From Octopus bimaculoides (taxonomy: Eukaryota): a stretch of 32,698 bases of DNA. Every line of letters begins with the position of its first letter. Positions within the stretch are counted from its first letter, which is position 1. The stretch spans positions 157,586,027 through 157,618,724 of the forward strand of contig NC_068982.1 of assembly GCF_001194135.2 (NCBI RefSeq). The letters run 5' to 3'. Position numbers and translations under genes: made by a program. Below are positions 9,610 to 19,331 of the stretch, piece after piece. Below the pieces are notes generated by a model. That model made no database searches. It saw only the letters and a program-made list of their open reading frames with translations, and had not been told where the DNA came from.

Positions 9610-11220
9610 ATCTACTTATTCTATCTCTCCTTTTGCCACAATAAATGGTCACCTATCGGAACCTTTCATATGCTCTCGGTTCGTCAAGTTTGCTTAATTT
9701 TTATGTCTTGACTCTAGAGCCAGCATTACAAAACACTAAGATTTTGAAGAGCATCCTGCGAGAAAACTAGAATGCGATAGAAATGTGACGGCATATACAG
9801 ACAACGTCACTATCATAATATCGGACACCAATTGCATCGAAGTGACTGGCGCCGAGGAATAACGAGGCGGTGACAAGAGCTCACTTTAACCGGTATAACT
9901 TGTTGGGCGTGTAGCTAAAGTGGCAGGTGCATGCTGTCCAATAGCGTCTTGGAGTGCTGGACAGACGAATCATTTACATTTCTCGGGGTCTGGTTTGGTT
10001 CAGATCTTCAGAACGGCAAGTACTGGGATATAACAAGCAGGCTAGCCTCTCTCAAATAGAGGAAACCGCTTGTGAATGGTTGGCCTAAAATGGTGGAGGC
10101 TTACATTGCATCCTGCAACTTATTACTGTTTGACCATCGTGTCCAGCTCTGGTTCAGATTAAATTGTAGCGTCTGGCTTTTCGCTCCCCGTGGTCATAAG
10201 ACTTATCATCTTTCAACAATTGCTAAGTCATGATTTGAGCCCGTTGCGGCTGATGATGCGAAGACATGTGCCGTGGTTACGTCATTCCAACGTTCCCTTG
10301 ATGATGAACAGCTGCGGTTGCCTTTTATGAAGCTCAATTTTTTCGAACACTTCTCTTTGACAGATCTACAGTCTTGGGTAAGACAAAGACCAACGCAAAG
10401 TGTTTGATCTCTGGAGTGTCGTCAAGTATTCACAACCCTGTACCAGTCAGATAATGCGATAAGTGGAAGTTCTACATTGACGTTGCATAGATTAGTGGTA
10501 GGTAACAATGTTCTCGGGAAATCTTTGGGAGTCGAAGACTTTTTGGTATGAAAGCCATTGATAGTTTCCAGAAATCCCCGGCCAATCAGTGCTACTGCTG
10601 GCATTGCCAGTTCAAGATAAACTATATACGCACGAATGTACTGACAGTCGGGCCTGTCAGAGATGCGTGCAGAGCAGTGGAAACGTTCTGCACGCATTTA
10701 TCCTCTACCCAAGCTCTGTTGTTTTGTGGAGTTATATCGAACACATGCTGTTACGTGTAGGATATATCTGGCTATTAATTAAGTCGTTTGGCTCGGACGG
10801 GCGGATTATCTTTATCTGGTTATGTATTGGAGGAGAGCTGAAAGGACTGAACACAGATACATTCCTATAGACTAGCCCTCATCACCCTTTTCAGTTTTCT
10901 CTTGAAAATGAAAATGAGAGCGATGAGGAAAAATGCTATCTCCTATCAAATTTGTTGACAGACGAATGAGTATGCCGTATATGGCTCGGTAAAAGTGCAA
11001 CCATAGATTGGAAGAATATGACTTGGAGAGGGCGCTGTGCCTTAGTAGTCAAATTGATCGTGGTTTCTGTGAGGTTTCCAAAAGCGCCCTTCGAAAGTTT
11101 CTCCGTCCCCCAGATGGAGAATGTTTTTGACCAAATTTTTGTTACCATGGTTTTTATGCTTATCTTTTCGTTTACATTGACTCGTAAAACACATCTGTTT
11201 TCTGTAAACTTGTTTTCGTT
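9610..11220 (+). mobile_element. Second Tx1/L1-clade LINE remnant (RT palm to 3' UTR), pseudogenised
   Basis: Frame-shifted translation: ATINGHLSEPF; SVRQVC; FYVLTLEP; VTAYTDNVTIIIS (YADD equivalent 9794-9805); WTDESFTFLGVWFGSDLQ; ALPVQDKLY; CQRC-x8-H-x4-Y (10655-10708, knuckle with the last Cys mutated). The 3' boundary is approximate. Confidence 0.85.
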
Positions 11221-11274
11221 TTTGTGTTAGCCCAGGTGGCTAACGAAGAAATCCACCTCCCCATCATCATCAAT

Positions 11275-11733
11275 TCTTCTTCTTCTTCTTCTTCTTCTTC
11301 TTCTTCTTCTTCTTCTTCTTCTCCTTCCTCTTCTTCTTCTTCTTCTTCTTCTTCTTCTTCTTCTTCTTCTCCTCCCCCTCCCCTCNNNNNNNNNNNNNNN
11401 NNNNNNNNNNNNNNNNNNNNNNNNNNNNNNNNNNNNNNNNNNNNNNNNNNNNNNNNNNNNNNNNNNNNNNNNNNNNNNNNNNNNNNNNNNNNNNNNNNNN
11501 NNNNNNNNNNNNNNNNNNNNNNNNNNNNNNNNNNNNNNNNNNNNNNNNNNNNNNNNNNNNNNNNNNNNNNNNNNNNNNNNNNNNNNNNNNNNNNNNNNNN
11601 NNNNNNNNNNNNNNNNNNNNNNNNNNNNNNNNNNNNNNNNNNNNNNNNNNNNNNNNNCTTCTTCTTCTTCTTCTTCTTCTTCTTCTCCTCCTCCTCCTCC
11701 TCCTCCTTCTTCTTTCTCATTCCCTTCTTTCTA

Positions 11734-11781
<48 letters not shown>

Positions 11782-11782
11782 G
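11275..11782. repeat. (TTC/TCC)n and (ACT)n trinucleotide array spanning N-gap 11386-11657
   Basis: Direct tandem repeats. Confidence 0.95.
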
Positions 11783-12129
11783 GTAACCGTTGTTATTGTT
11801 AAGCTCTTGGGGCAACAGCCAGCCCTATGATCAAAGGTATTCCATTCGTAAACAGACAGGTTTCCTCTTATGCGAAAGCATCTTAGGGTTTTATTATCCA
11901 ACTCTGGTCCTTACTTGAACACCAGCCGCCAAAACTTACTCAAATCTTAGAGTAGGGTGAGATTGGTGTGATATTTGGCTGTTGTTTCTAGCAGGACGCC
12001 GTTGGTATTCGCTCGCTATTTTATTTATTTATTGTTTTTTTGTCCAGTACGGAAACTGAAATGAAGCCGGCGTTCAGAGGAGTATATAGCAAAGCAAGAA
12101 GAGCTGAAGGATGAAAATAAGAACACACA

Positions 12130-12536
12130 TTGATGATGACGATGATGACAATGGTAGTGGTGGGGGTGGTGATGATAATAACGATAATGATGATGGTGAT
12201 GATGATAGTGGTGGTGGCGGCGGCGGTGGTGATGGTGGTGGTGGTAGTGGTAATGAAGCAAAGAATCATTATGAATGAGAGGAAGCGTGTGATGGCTTGA
12301 ATGTTATTGTTGTTGCAGCTGAAGCTGATGTTGACGATGACGTTGATAATGATGGTGATGATGGTGGTAATGTTGATTAAGATGCTTAATGAGAAGCAGC
12401 AGTCATAATAGTAGTAGTACCATCAGCAGCAGCAGCAGTAATGATAGTAATGGTGGTATTGCTGGTGGTGACGGTGACGGTGATGGTGGCGGCGGCAGCG
12501 GTGGCAGCAGCGGTGACAGCAGCGGTGGCAGCAGCG

Positions 12537-12580
<44 letters not shown>

Positions 12581-12763
12581 TAGAAGAGGATGAGGATGAG
12601 GAAGAAGAAGAGAATGTGGGAGAGGAAGAAGAAAAAAAAGAAGGAAAAGAAGAAGAAGAAGAAGAAGAAGAAGAAGAAGAAGGAGGAGGAGAAGAAGAAG
12701 GAGGAGGAGAAGAAGAAGAAGAAGAAGAAGAAGAAGAAGAAGAAGAAGAAGAAGAAGAAGAAT
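12130..12763. repeat. Compound trinucleotide array (GAT/GGT/GCA/GTA/GAA/GGA)
   Basis: Successive blocks of different triplets; produces poly-S/E/L/T/H ORFs in several frames on both strands. Confidence 0.95.
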
Positions 12764-13417
12764 GGGTAGTGGGGAGGAGTACATGTAATGATCTAGCTGT
12801 GTTGTAGGAGTGTTGATGTGAGGAAGACATTTTGAAAGCCTCTCATATTGTTGTTTGCTTAGGGCAGCAGCAGACACCCTGAGATGTTAAAGTCAGCTCC
12901 AAGACAAAAACATTAATTAAAAGCCCGAGGTATAGGCCAACTAAGTCCATTCTTCCCCAAATACTTTCAAAACAACAGACTTCATTCGTCATGTTTCTCT
13001 TAACATATTATGATGGTTGTCTATGTAAACACATAAATGCATACACACAAATATATGTATACTTATACGGGTGTGTATGTGCGTGACTGTGTGTCTGTGT
13101 GTGTATTATACGTGTGTATTTCTTTGTGTGTGTTTGTGCAAGGTTGATTGTGTGCAAGCATACGCTTGAATATACATGTATGTGTACACGTGTATTTATG
13201 TATATCCATATACACACACATATATATGTATATGTATAAACACGTGTATATGTATAAATTTGCGCGCGTGTGTATATACACACAAACAGTTTTTCTTTTA
13301 GACATCTTCTATTGAAAACATGAATGATTCGACTATTATCTTTTTGTCTATTAAATTTTTCTCGCAGTTTTGCACGAGTTCGAAGCAGTCTGCCTAGAAT
13401 CACAAAGACCGTATATC

Positions 13418-13823
13418 CAGGGCCGGATTAAAACCCACAGAAGCCTTAAGAACTTAAAAGATTTTGGAACTCCCATATATATGTAATTCAAAATATGAAC
13501 AATAATAAACCTCAAAATGAATTTTATTGCTCAATATTGAACAAAGCTAACAGTTAGATGGAAATAAATGCCTGTTTTTACATACTTCTACTTTATATTT
13601 GAAAAGTTTTCTCCTACTTTTATTTTAATAGCAAGGTTATATCCTCACTATGACATCATGAACATTTCAAATATATTTCCAAACAAATAAACTACTTCAA
13701 ATATTTTATCAAGTTTAATATGATTTCTTTTGTACCGTGAACCATTGACTATTTCTGTGGGATCCCACTTCCTATGATGTCCTAAACATGTGATTATTTT
13801 GCTTAATGGTTGAACCCGCACTG
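13418..13823. mobile_element. hAT (Tip100/MER45-like termini) non-autonomous element, 406 bp
   Basis: Left TIR CAGGGCCGGATTA; degenerate right TIR TGAACCCGCACTG (9/13 match); 8-bp TSD cgtatatc (13410-13417) / cttatatc (13824-13831), 7/8 identical. An 8-bp TSD with CAG termini is the hAT signature. Confidence 0.8.
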
Positions 13824-13864
13824 CTTATATCTCTCATGCAAGCTTTTAGACTTTGTAATCTCAC

Positions 13865-13906
13865 CTTCTGAATGACGAGATATGAACGTATGTGGTTGCT
13901 TCTTTG
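13865..13906 (-). other. Candidate 42-nt cassette exon
   Basis: Minus strand tgtttcttcttacag|...cagaag|gtgaga: strong acceptor and donor, length divisible by 3, open in all three phases. No homology recognised. Confidence 0.2.
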
Positions 13907-15665
13907 CTGTAAGAAGAAACACTGTGATTGGTGTAGACTTACTACCGGTGTTTCGATCCTAAGCCTTACATTTCTATGTCATCAGTCTGGTGTTGTTTGG
14001 GAAAAGTGTATGTATTTTCTTTGTATAACAGCATGTATACTCATAACGCTGTGTTTTGTTATGAATTGTGCTTCCATCATTAATTGTCAATTTTTGCGTA
14101 GAAGTTTGTAGATTCTGAATAAGTTGTTCACTTAAATATTTCTACGTGATTTTGTAATGCATCATAGCGACTCATTCTAAATGCATAACTAACTGCTGGG
14201 AAAATGTTGTATGCATTTGACGTTGTCATCTTGAAAGATTTGGCTGTTGGAGGTAAGCATGAATAAATAGGAACCTACCTCAAAGTGGAAAAATGTCCCG
14301 ATATAATGCTTATGCCACTGGAATATGGAATTACCCTTACTCTCCTGCTGAAGTTTCTATGGTCAGGATAAGATTCTGAACCGTGACGTTTACAATTTAG
14401 ACGTTTTGAATTGAATTTTAAAATCGTAGCTTGTTTGCAGGTTGTGACATTAATAAGAACGTTTATAATGTTATCATTTGTTAGCATGTTATTGGAGTTA
14501 GTTGTATGAGATTTTAATGTGATCAACTATTCCATATTTTATAGACATTTGATTTTTAAAAAAGGCTCAGGAATTCAGCGGGAATTTTCGCTTTGTCATC
14601 AGCATTTAAAAAAAGGCTGAATATATCTGTAATGTCACTATAATATGCAGGTGTTTTCTGTCTGTACGTATCATGTATTGACGATAAATCACTGATTTCT
14701 TTTGTTTGTTTTATTGCCTTACTTTACTTAAGGAATTGAATAAAAGGTTTTCCTTTTTTTCACTTAAGTGTAATGTTATCACATAGAAAATGTGAGCAAG
14801 TCATGTACTCTCAGTTAATAAGTGATTTAAAATATGTTTTGCTTCGTTTAAACATGTTTTACTTCTATTGTTTATAGATAAAATGCGACTATTTTTTTTA
14901 GTGAAAATTGATTTATCACTGTTGTTTTTACCAGCTCCTTTCTTTTACCGGACACCACAAAGTTTTCTGTATTCTTCGCTGTTTCTATAATGACGTACTA
15001 TTTCTCCCTTCTTTTGTTAATTAATGCGTATATCTAATGTAATTCCCAAAGACGATTGCTTTATCTAACCAATAAGAAATCCTTTAATTAATCGTGTCAC
15101 ATACTTGAATTCGTTCATAGCCAAATCCTTTGCATATCACAGCCGACCGGCTTTTAAGAAAAATAGACTCCTTGGATAAATTCTGTCCCAGATACACTAT
15201 GTTTGACAAAAGAGAGAATGGTTACAAGGTTGAATAAATTCAATCGTATACCTCTTTCCTCAGTACAAATCCATGGCTAAACCACTATAATAAGCAACGA
15301 TCATTAATTTTTAACGAGCATTTCTTCCAAACAATGATTACAAGAGAACATAATGGAACCCAATCAAATTTTTACAACACCTCGGCAGATTAACTAGAAC
15401 TTAGCAGCTTAACATTAACAAAGAACTGTTAAATTATATGTCTCAGGTTCAGTATTATCTCTCTATATTTCTTTACAACGGGGTGAACTTCAATATGTAA
15501 TTGTTAAATGCATGCAACACCGGAGATTAGCGTAATGCTTGAGATGAGATACAAAACATTAATATGATCATAATGAATATGTCAATATAATAATACTCGT
15601 TTCATAATCCTTGTGTAATGAGTCACTTGAGCCACTGAGTGAGCATCAACGCCATTGGTCTATCT

Positions 15666-15908
15666 CAGTAGTTCCCAACTGAAGTCGATATGGCCCGTGG
15701 GGGTCCATATAAAATTTTGCTGTTAAAATTTATCTGTAATAAATTGGTTATACTTCTACAAAATAAAATATTTTAACATTTTTTTGTGTACAATTTCTAA
15801 TACTATTAAATTACAAAAATATAATAGGATATTTAAAATGTCAAATGGCTATGAGAATCTATCCGAGTAAAATAGGGACCAAAGGAGTCCAATGGTTAAG
15901 AACCACTG
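15666..15908. mobile_element. hAT (Charlie-like termini) MITE, 243 bp
   Basis: TIRs CAGTAGTTCCCAAC / GTTAAGAACCACTG (11/14); perfect 8-bp TSD gtctatct at 15658-15665 and 15909-15916. Confidence 0.9.
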
Positions 15909-16142
15909 GTCTATCTGATAAGGATGTCTCACATAAACACATACTACCGTCTTAAAAACTGAAATGAAATATAAACCAATGCACAAGATAATGAAAATAT
16001 GATAGAAACAACTGGAATACTTTGACTATAGGTTCCAACGAAATGTTTTCTTCGACCTTGTCACTCAAAATTACATTTATCATTATCTCCATAAACTCAC
16101 CACGATCAAAATAGTACTAAAATAGACGAAAAAACGTCTTAA

Positions 16143-16157
16143 TTCTATCTATCTATA

Positions 16158-16218
<61 letters not shown>
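16143..16218. repeat. (TATC)n microsatellite
   Basis: Direct tandem repeat abutting the truncated SINE-B head. Confidence 0.95.
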
Positions 16219-16221
<3 letters not shown>

Positions 16222-16663
16222 CAAAAATGTGGTTCTAGTGTCAGTCCCGTTGCGTGGCACCTTGCGCAAATATTTTCTACTATAGCCTTGGGCTGACCGA
16301 AGCTTTGTGAGTGAATTTGGTAGACGGAAACCGAAAGAATCCCGTCGTGTATATATATATATATATATATATATATCATATACATGTGAGTGGGTGTGAG
16401 TGCGTATGTGTATGCACGCGTATGCGTGTCTGAGTATGTGCGCGTGCGTGTGCGGGAGCGTGTGTTATGTCCCACTTCCGCTTCACAACCGCTCTTAGTA
16501 TGTCAAGCGGTGCCCAGTCCTTTCAGCAAAAGAAACCAATAGAATAAATATCAGGCTTAAAAGCATGAGTAGTGGGATGGATTCGTTGGACTAAAATTCT
16601 GCAAGACGGTAGACCAATCATTGTCTAATGACTGGAGTAAGTAAAAGATGAGAGATAAAAGAT
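16219..16663 (+). mobile_element. Family-B SINE (tRNA head plus CORE-like segment plus internal microsatellite), 5' end missing
   Basis: B-box-like gtgtcagtccc; accttgcgcaaat (16259-16271) resembles the CORE-SINE motif ACCTTGGGCAAGT; ttgtgagtgaatttggtagacggaaac; internal (AT)/(GT) tract; tail aatgactggagtaagtaaaagatgagagataaaag. Confidence 0.85.
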
Positions 16664-17130
16664 ACATACATACATACATACATACATACACACATACATA
16701 TACTGCATATATATGTATATATATANNNNNNNNNNNNNNNNNNNNNNNNNNNNNNNNNNNNNNNNNNNNNNNNNNNNNNNNNNNNNNNNNNNNNNNNNNN
16801 NNNNNNNNNNNNNNNNNNNNNNNNNNNNNNNNNNNNNNNNNNNNNNNNNNNNNNNNNNNNNNNNNNNNNNNNNNNNNNNNNNNNNNNNNNNNNNNNNNNN
16901 NNNNNNNNNNNNNNNNNNNNNNNNNNNNNNNNNNNNNNNNNNNNNNNNNNNNNNNNNNNNNNNNNNNNNNNNNNNNNNNNNNNNNNNNNNNNNNNNNNNN
17001 NNNNNNNNNNNNNNNNNNNNNNNNNNNNNNNTATATATATATATATATATATGTATTATGTATGTCTACTAATGTATCTGTGTGTGTCTGTATATGTATC
17101 TATGCGTATTTCTTTATGTCTCCATAACAT

Positions 17131-17278
17131 CGGCAAAAGTTATGGAGGGATAGAATATGTACCAATTTTTAAAAACAGTAACAGAATAAGTACTGGGGTC
17201 GATTTGTTCCATTAATTTTTTATGTTGGTGCCCCAGTATGGCCGTAGCGAAATGACTGAAGCAAGTAAAGCGTAAAAG
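17131..17278 (+). mobile_element. Family-B SINE 3' part
   Basis: ggcaaaag...gatagaata...aataagtactggggtcgatttgttc...ggtgccccagtatggccgtagcgaaatgactgaagcaagtaaag; collinear with 16520-16660 and the reverse complement of 23956-24110. Confidence 0.8.
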
Positions 17279-17802
17279 TTGAAGCGAAATCCTAAACAGG
17301 AACTACTAACAAAAAGCGAATTGCTTCGTCTTTCCATTAATAATCATTCAAATAAGGAAATGATACGTCAACTTATATCAATAGCTGCGTTGAGAGCTTT
17401 CTGCTCAAAAATATTTAGGTACTGGATGATATATTCATGCAGACGTAAAACAACAACCCGTCCTCCGCCCCCCCCCTAAAAAACAGCGAAAAATATTTGA
17501 TAGTTTTCTCATCAAACTATCAAACGGTTACTAGTGGTAGCACAAAACAATTAACACGATCTAAATGACAGAATAATTGCAGGTGGATATGTGCAGCCAT
17601 GATATAATTGTATAGATATTCCTTCGGCAAGGAAACAAAACATAGAGAAGTGGTATTGCAATTATATTTGTCAGAAACATGTTAAGAGTTCCTGATAAAC
17701 AGATAATACGATAGTGTTGACATGTTGAATGACAATCACAACTGAGAAATATTAACACCTGCATATATACATAAACATGCACATACAAACATAGATTCAA
17801 AT

Positions 17803-17834
<32 letters not shown>

Positions 17835-17976
17835 TAATTACTTGTAGGGGAACCGTACGTTGTATTGCAAGCATAATATACTGCCAGGCATATAAAGGCT
17901 TTATAAGTTAATAGTGTGTCCTACCGTGTTGGCAGTGCTATTAAATCAGTTTTTAATATTATCTCTACAGATTTTG

Positions 17977-18059
17977 TATAAAAATCATAACCAGCACTGA
18001 TTTGTTATGACGTTATGAAGCACTAATAACCGAAGTCAGTGTTAGGTACAATTTCTATA
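17977..18059 (+). ncRNA. Candidate pri-miRNA-like hairpin (unassigned)
   Basis: 19-bp upper stem with two bulges (17990-18008 pairs with 18026-18047), 17-nt loop, and about 8 further basal pairs after an internal loop. Structure only; no family match recognised. Confidence 0.25.
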
Positions 18060-18304
18060 GAAAATCTGTAAAGTGATATATAGATATATATATATGTAAA
18101 TGTCGAACGATGAAAACGAGTGCTCAACGTTGCATTGGTGGATAGAATTATTTTCATTTGTAGATTAAAGCTACCATTGGTTTCATATTAAGAAAAGTAG
18201 GAAAATATCCAAGTGTCGTAACAATTTTTGAAATCCATCAAATAGAGAAAGTTTTTCGGCTTCATTGTAGAAAATAGTTTCGTTTAGTTCACGGGGCACA
18301 AAGC

Positions 18305-19291
18305 NNNNNNNNNNNNNNNNNNNNNNNNNNNNNNNNNNNNNNNNNNNNNNNNNNNNNNNNNNNNNNNNNNNNNNNNNNNNNNNNNNNNNNNNNNNNNNNN
18401 NNNNNNNNNNNNNNNNNNNNNNNNNNNNNNNNNNNNNNNNNNNNNNNNNNNNNNNNNNNNNNNNNNNNNNNNNNNNNNNNNNNNNNNNNNNNNNNNNNNN
18501 NNNNNNNNNNNNNNNNNNNNNNNNNNNNNNNNNNNNNNNNNNNNNNNNNNNNNNNNNNNNNNNNNNNNNNNNNNNNNNNNNNNNNNNNNNNNNNNNNNNN
18601 NNNNNNNNNNNNNNNNNNNNNNNNNNNNNNNNNNNNNNNNNNNNNNNNNNNNNNNNNNNNNNNNNNNNNNNNNNNNNNNNNNNNNNNNNNNNNNNNNNNN
18701 NNNNNNNNNNNNNNNNNNNNNNNNNNNNNNNNNNNNNNNNNNNNNNNNNNNNNNNNNNNNNNNNNNNNNNNNNNNNNNNNNNNNNNNNNNNNNNNNNNNN
18801 NNNNNNNNNNNNNNNNNNNNNNNNNNNNNNNNNNNNNNNNNNNNNNNNNNNNNNNNNNNNNNNNNNNNNNNNNNNNNNNNNNNNNNNNNNNNNNNNNNNN
18901 NNNNNNNNNNNNNNNNNNNNNNNNNNNNNNNNNNNNNNNNNNNNNNNNNNNNNNNNNNNNNNNNNNNNNNNNNNNNNNNNNNNNNNNNNNNNNNNNNNNN
19001 NNNNNNNNNNNNNNNNNNNNNNNNNNNNNNNNNNNNNNNNNNNNNNNNNNNNNNNNNNNNNNNNNNNNNNNNNNNNNNNNNNNNNNNNNNNNNNNNNNNN
19101 NNNNNNNNNNNNNNNNNNNNNNNNNNNNNNNNNNNNNNNNNNNNNNNNNNNNNNNNNNNNNNNNNNNNNNNNNNNNNNNNNNNNNNNNNNNNNNNNNNNN
19201 NNNNNNNNNNNNNNNNNNNNNNNNNNNNNNNNNNNNNNNNNNNNNNNNNNNNNNNNNNNNNNNNNNNNNNNNNNNNNNNNNNNNNNNNNNN
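18305..19291. other. Assembly gap (987 N); other gaps at 1235-1413, 8428-8494, 11386-11657, 16726-17031, 21094-21955
   Basis: Runs of N, most flanked by (AT)n tracts. Confidence 1.
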
Positions 19292-19292
19292 N

Positions 19293-19331
<39 letters not shown>

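Noticed and set aside
11790-12000. Possible third interspersed repeat family (ctatgatcaaaggtattcc...gatatttggctgttgtttctagcagg), with a faint inverted match near 15150-15260
   Set aside because: The similarity is too weak to confirm by eye within the window; it needs a repeat-library search.
11172-12877. Poly-Glu/Ser/Leu/Thr/His ORFs
   Set aside because: Trinucleotide arrays lack stops in several frames on both strands at once; no flanking coding context or usable splice pair.
12863-12929. Exon-like unit gtttgcttag|...cccgag|gtatag
   Set aside because: Stops in all three phases and a weak donor.
14168-14258. + strand donor GAG|GTAAGC at 14252
   Set aside because: All three frames from the nearest upstream acceptor contain stops; it could only be a UTR exon and there is no further support.
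14128-14379. Two short divergent ORFs both starting MSRY[D/N]A (14175-14128 minus; 14293-14379 plus)
   Set aside because: Only 15 and 28 aa with unrelated continuations. The nucleotide match is weak and the minus ATG is internal to a longer short frame; most likely coincidence.
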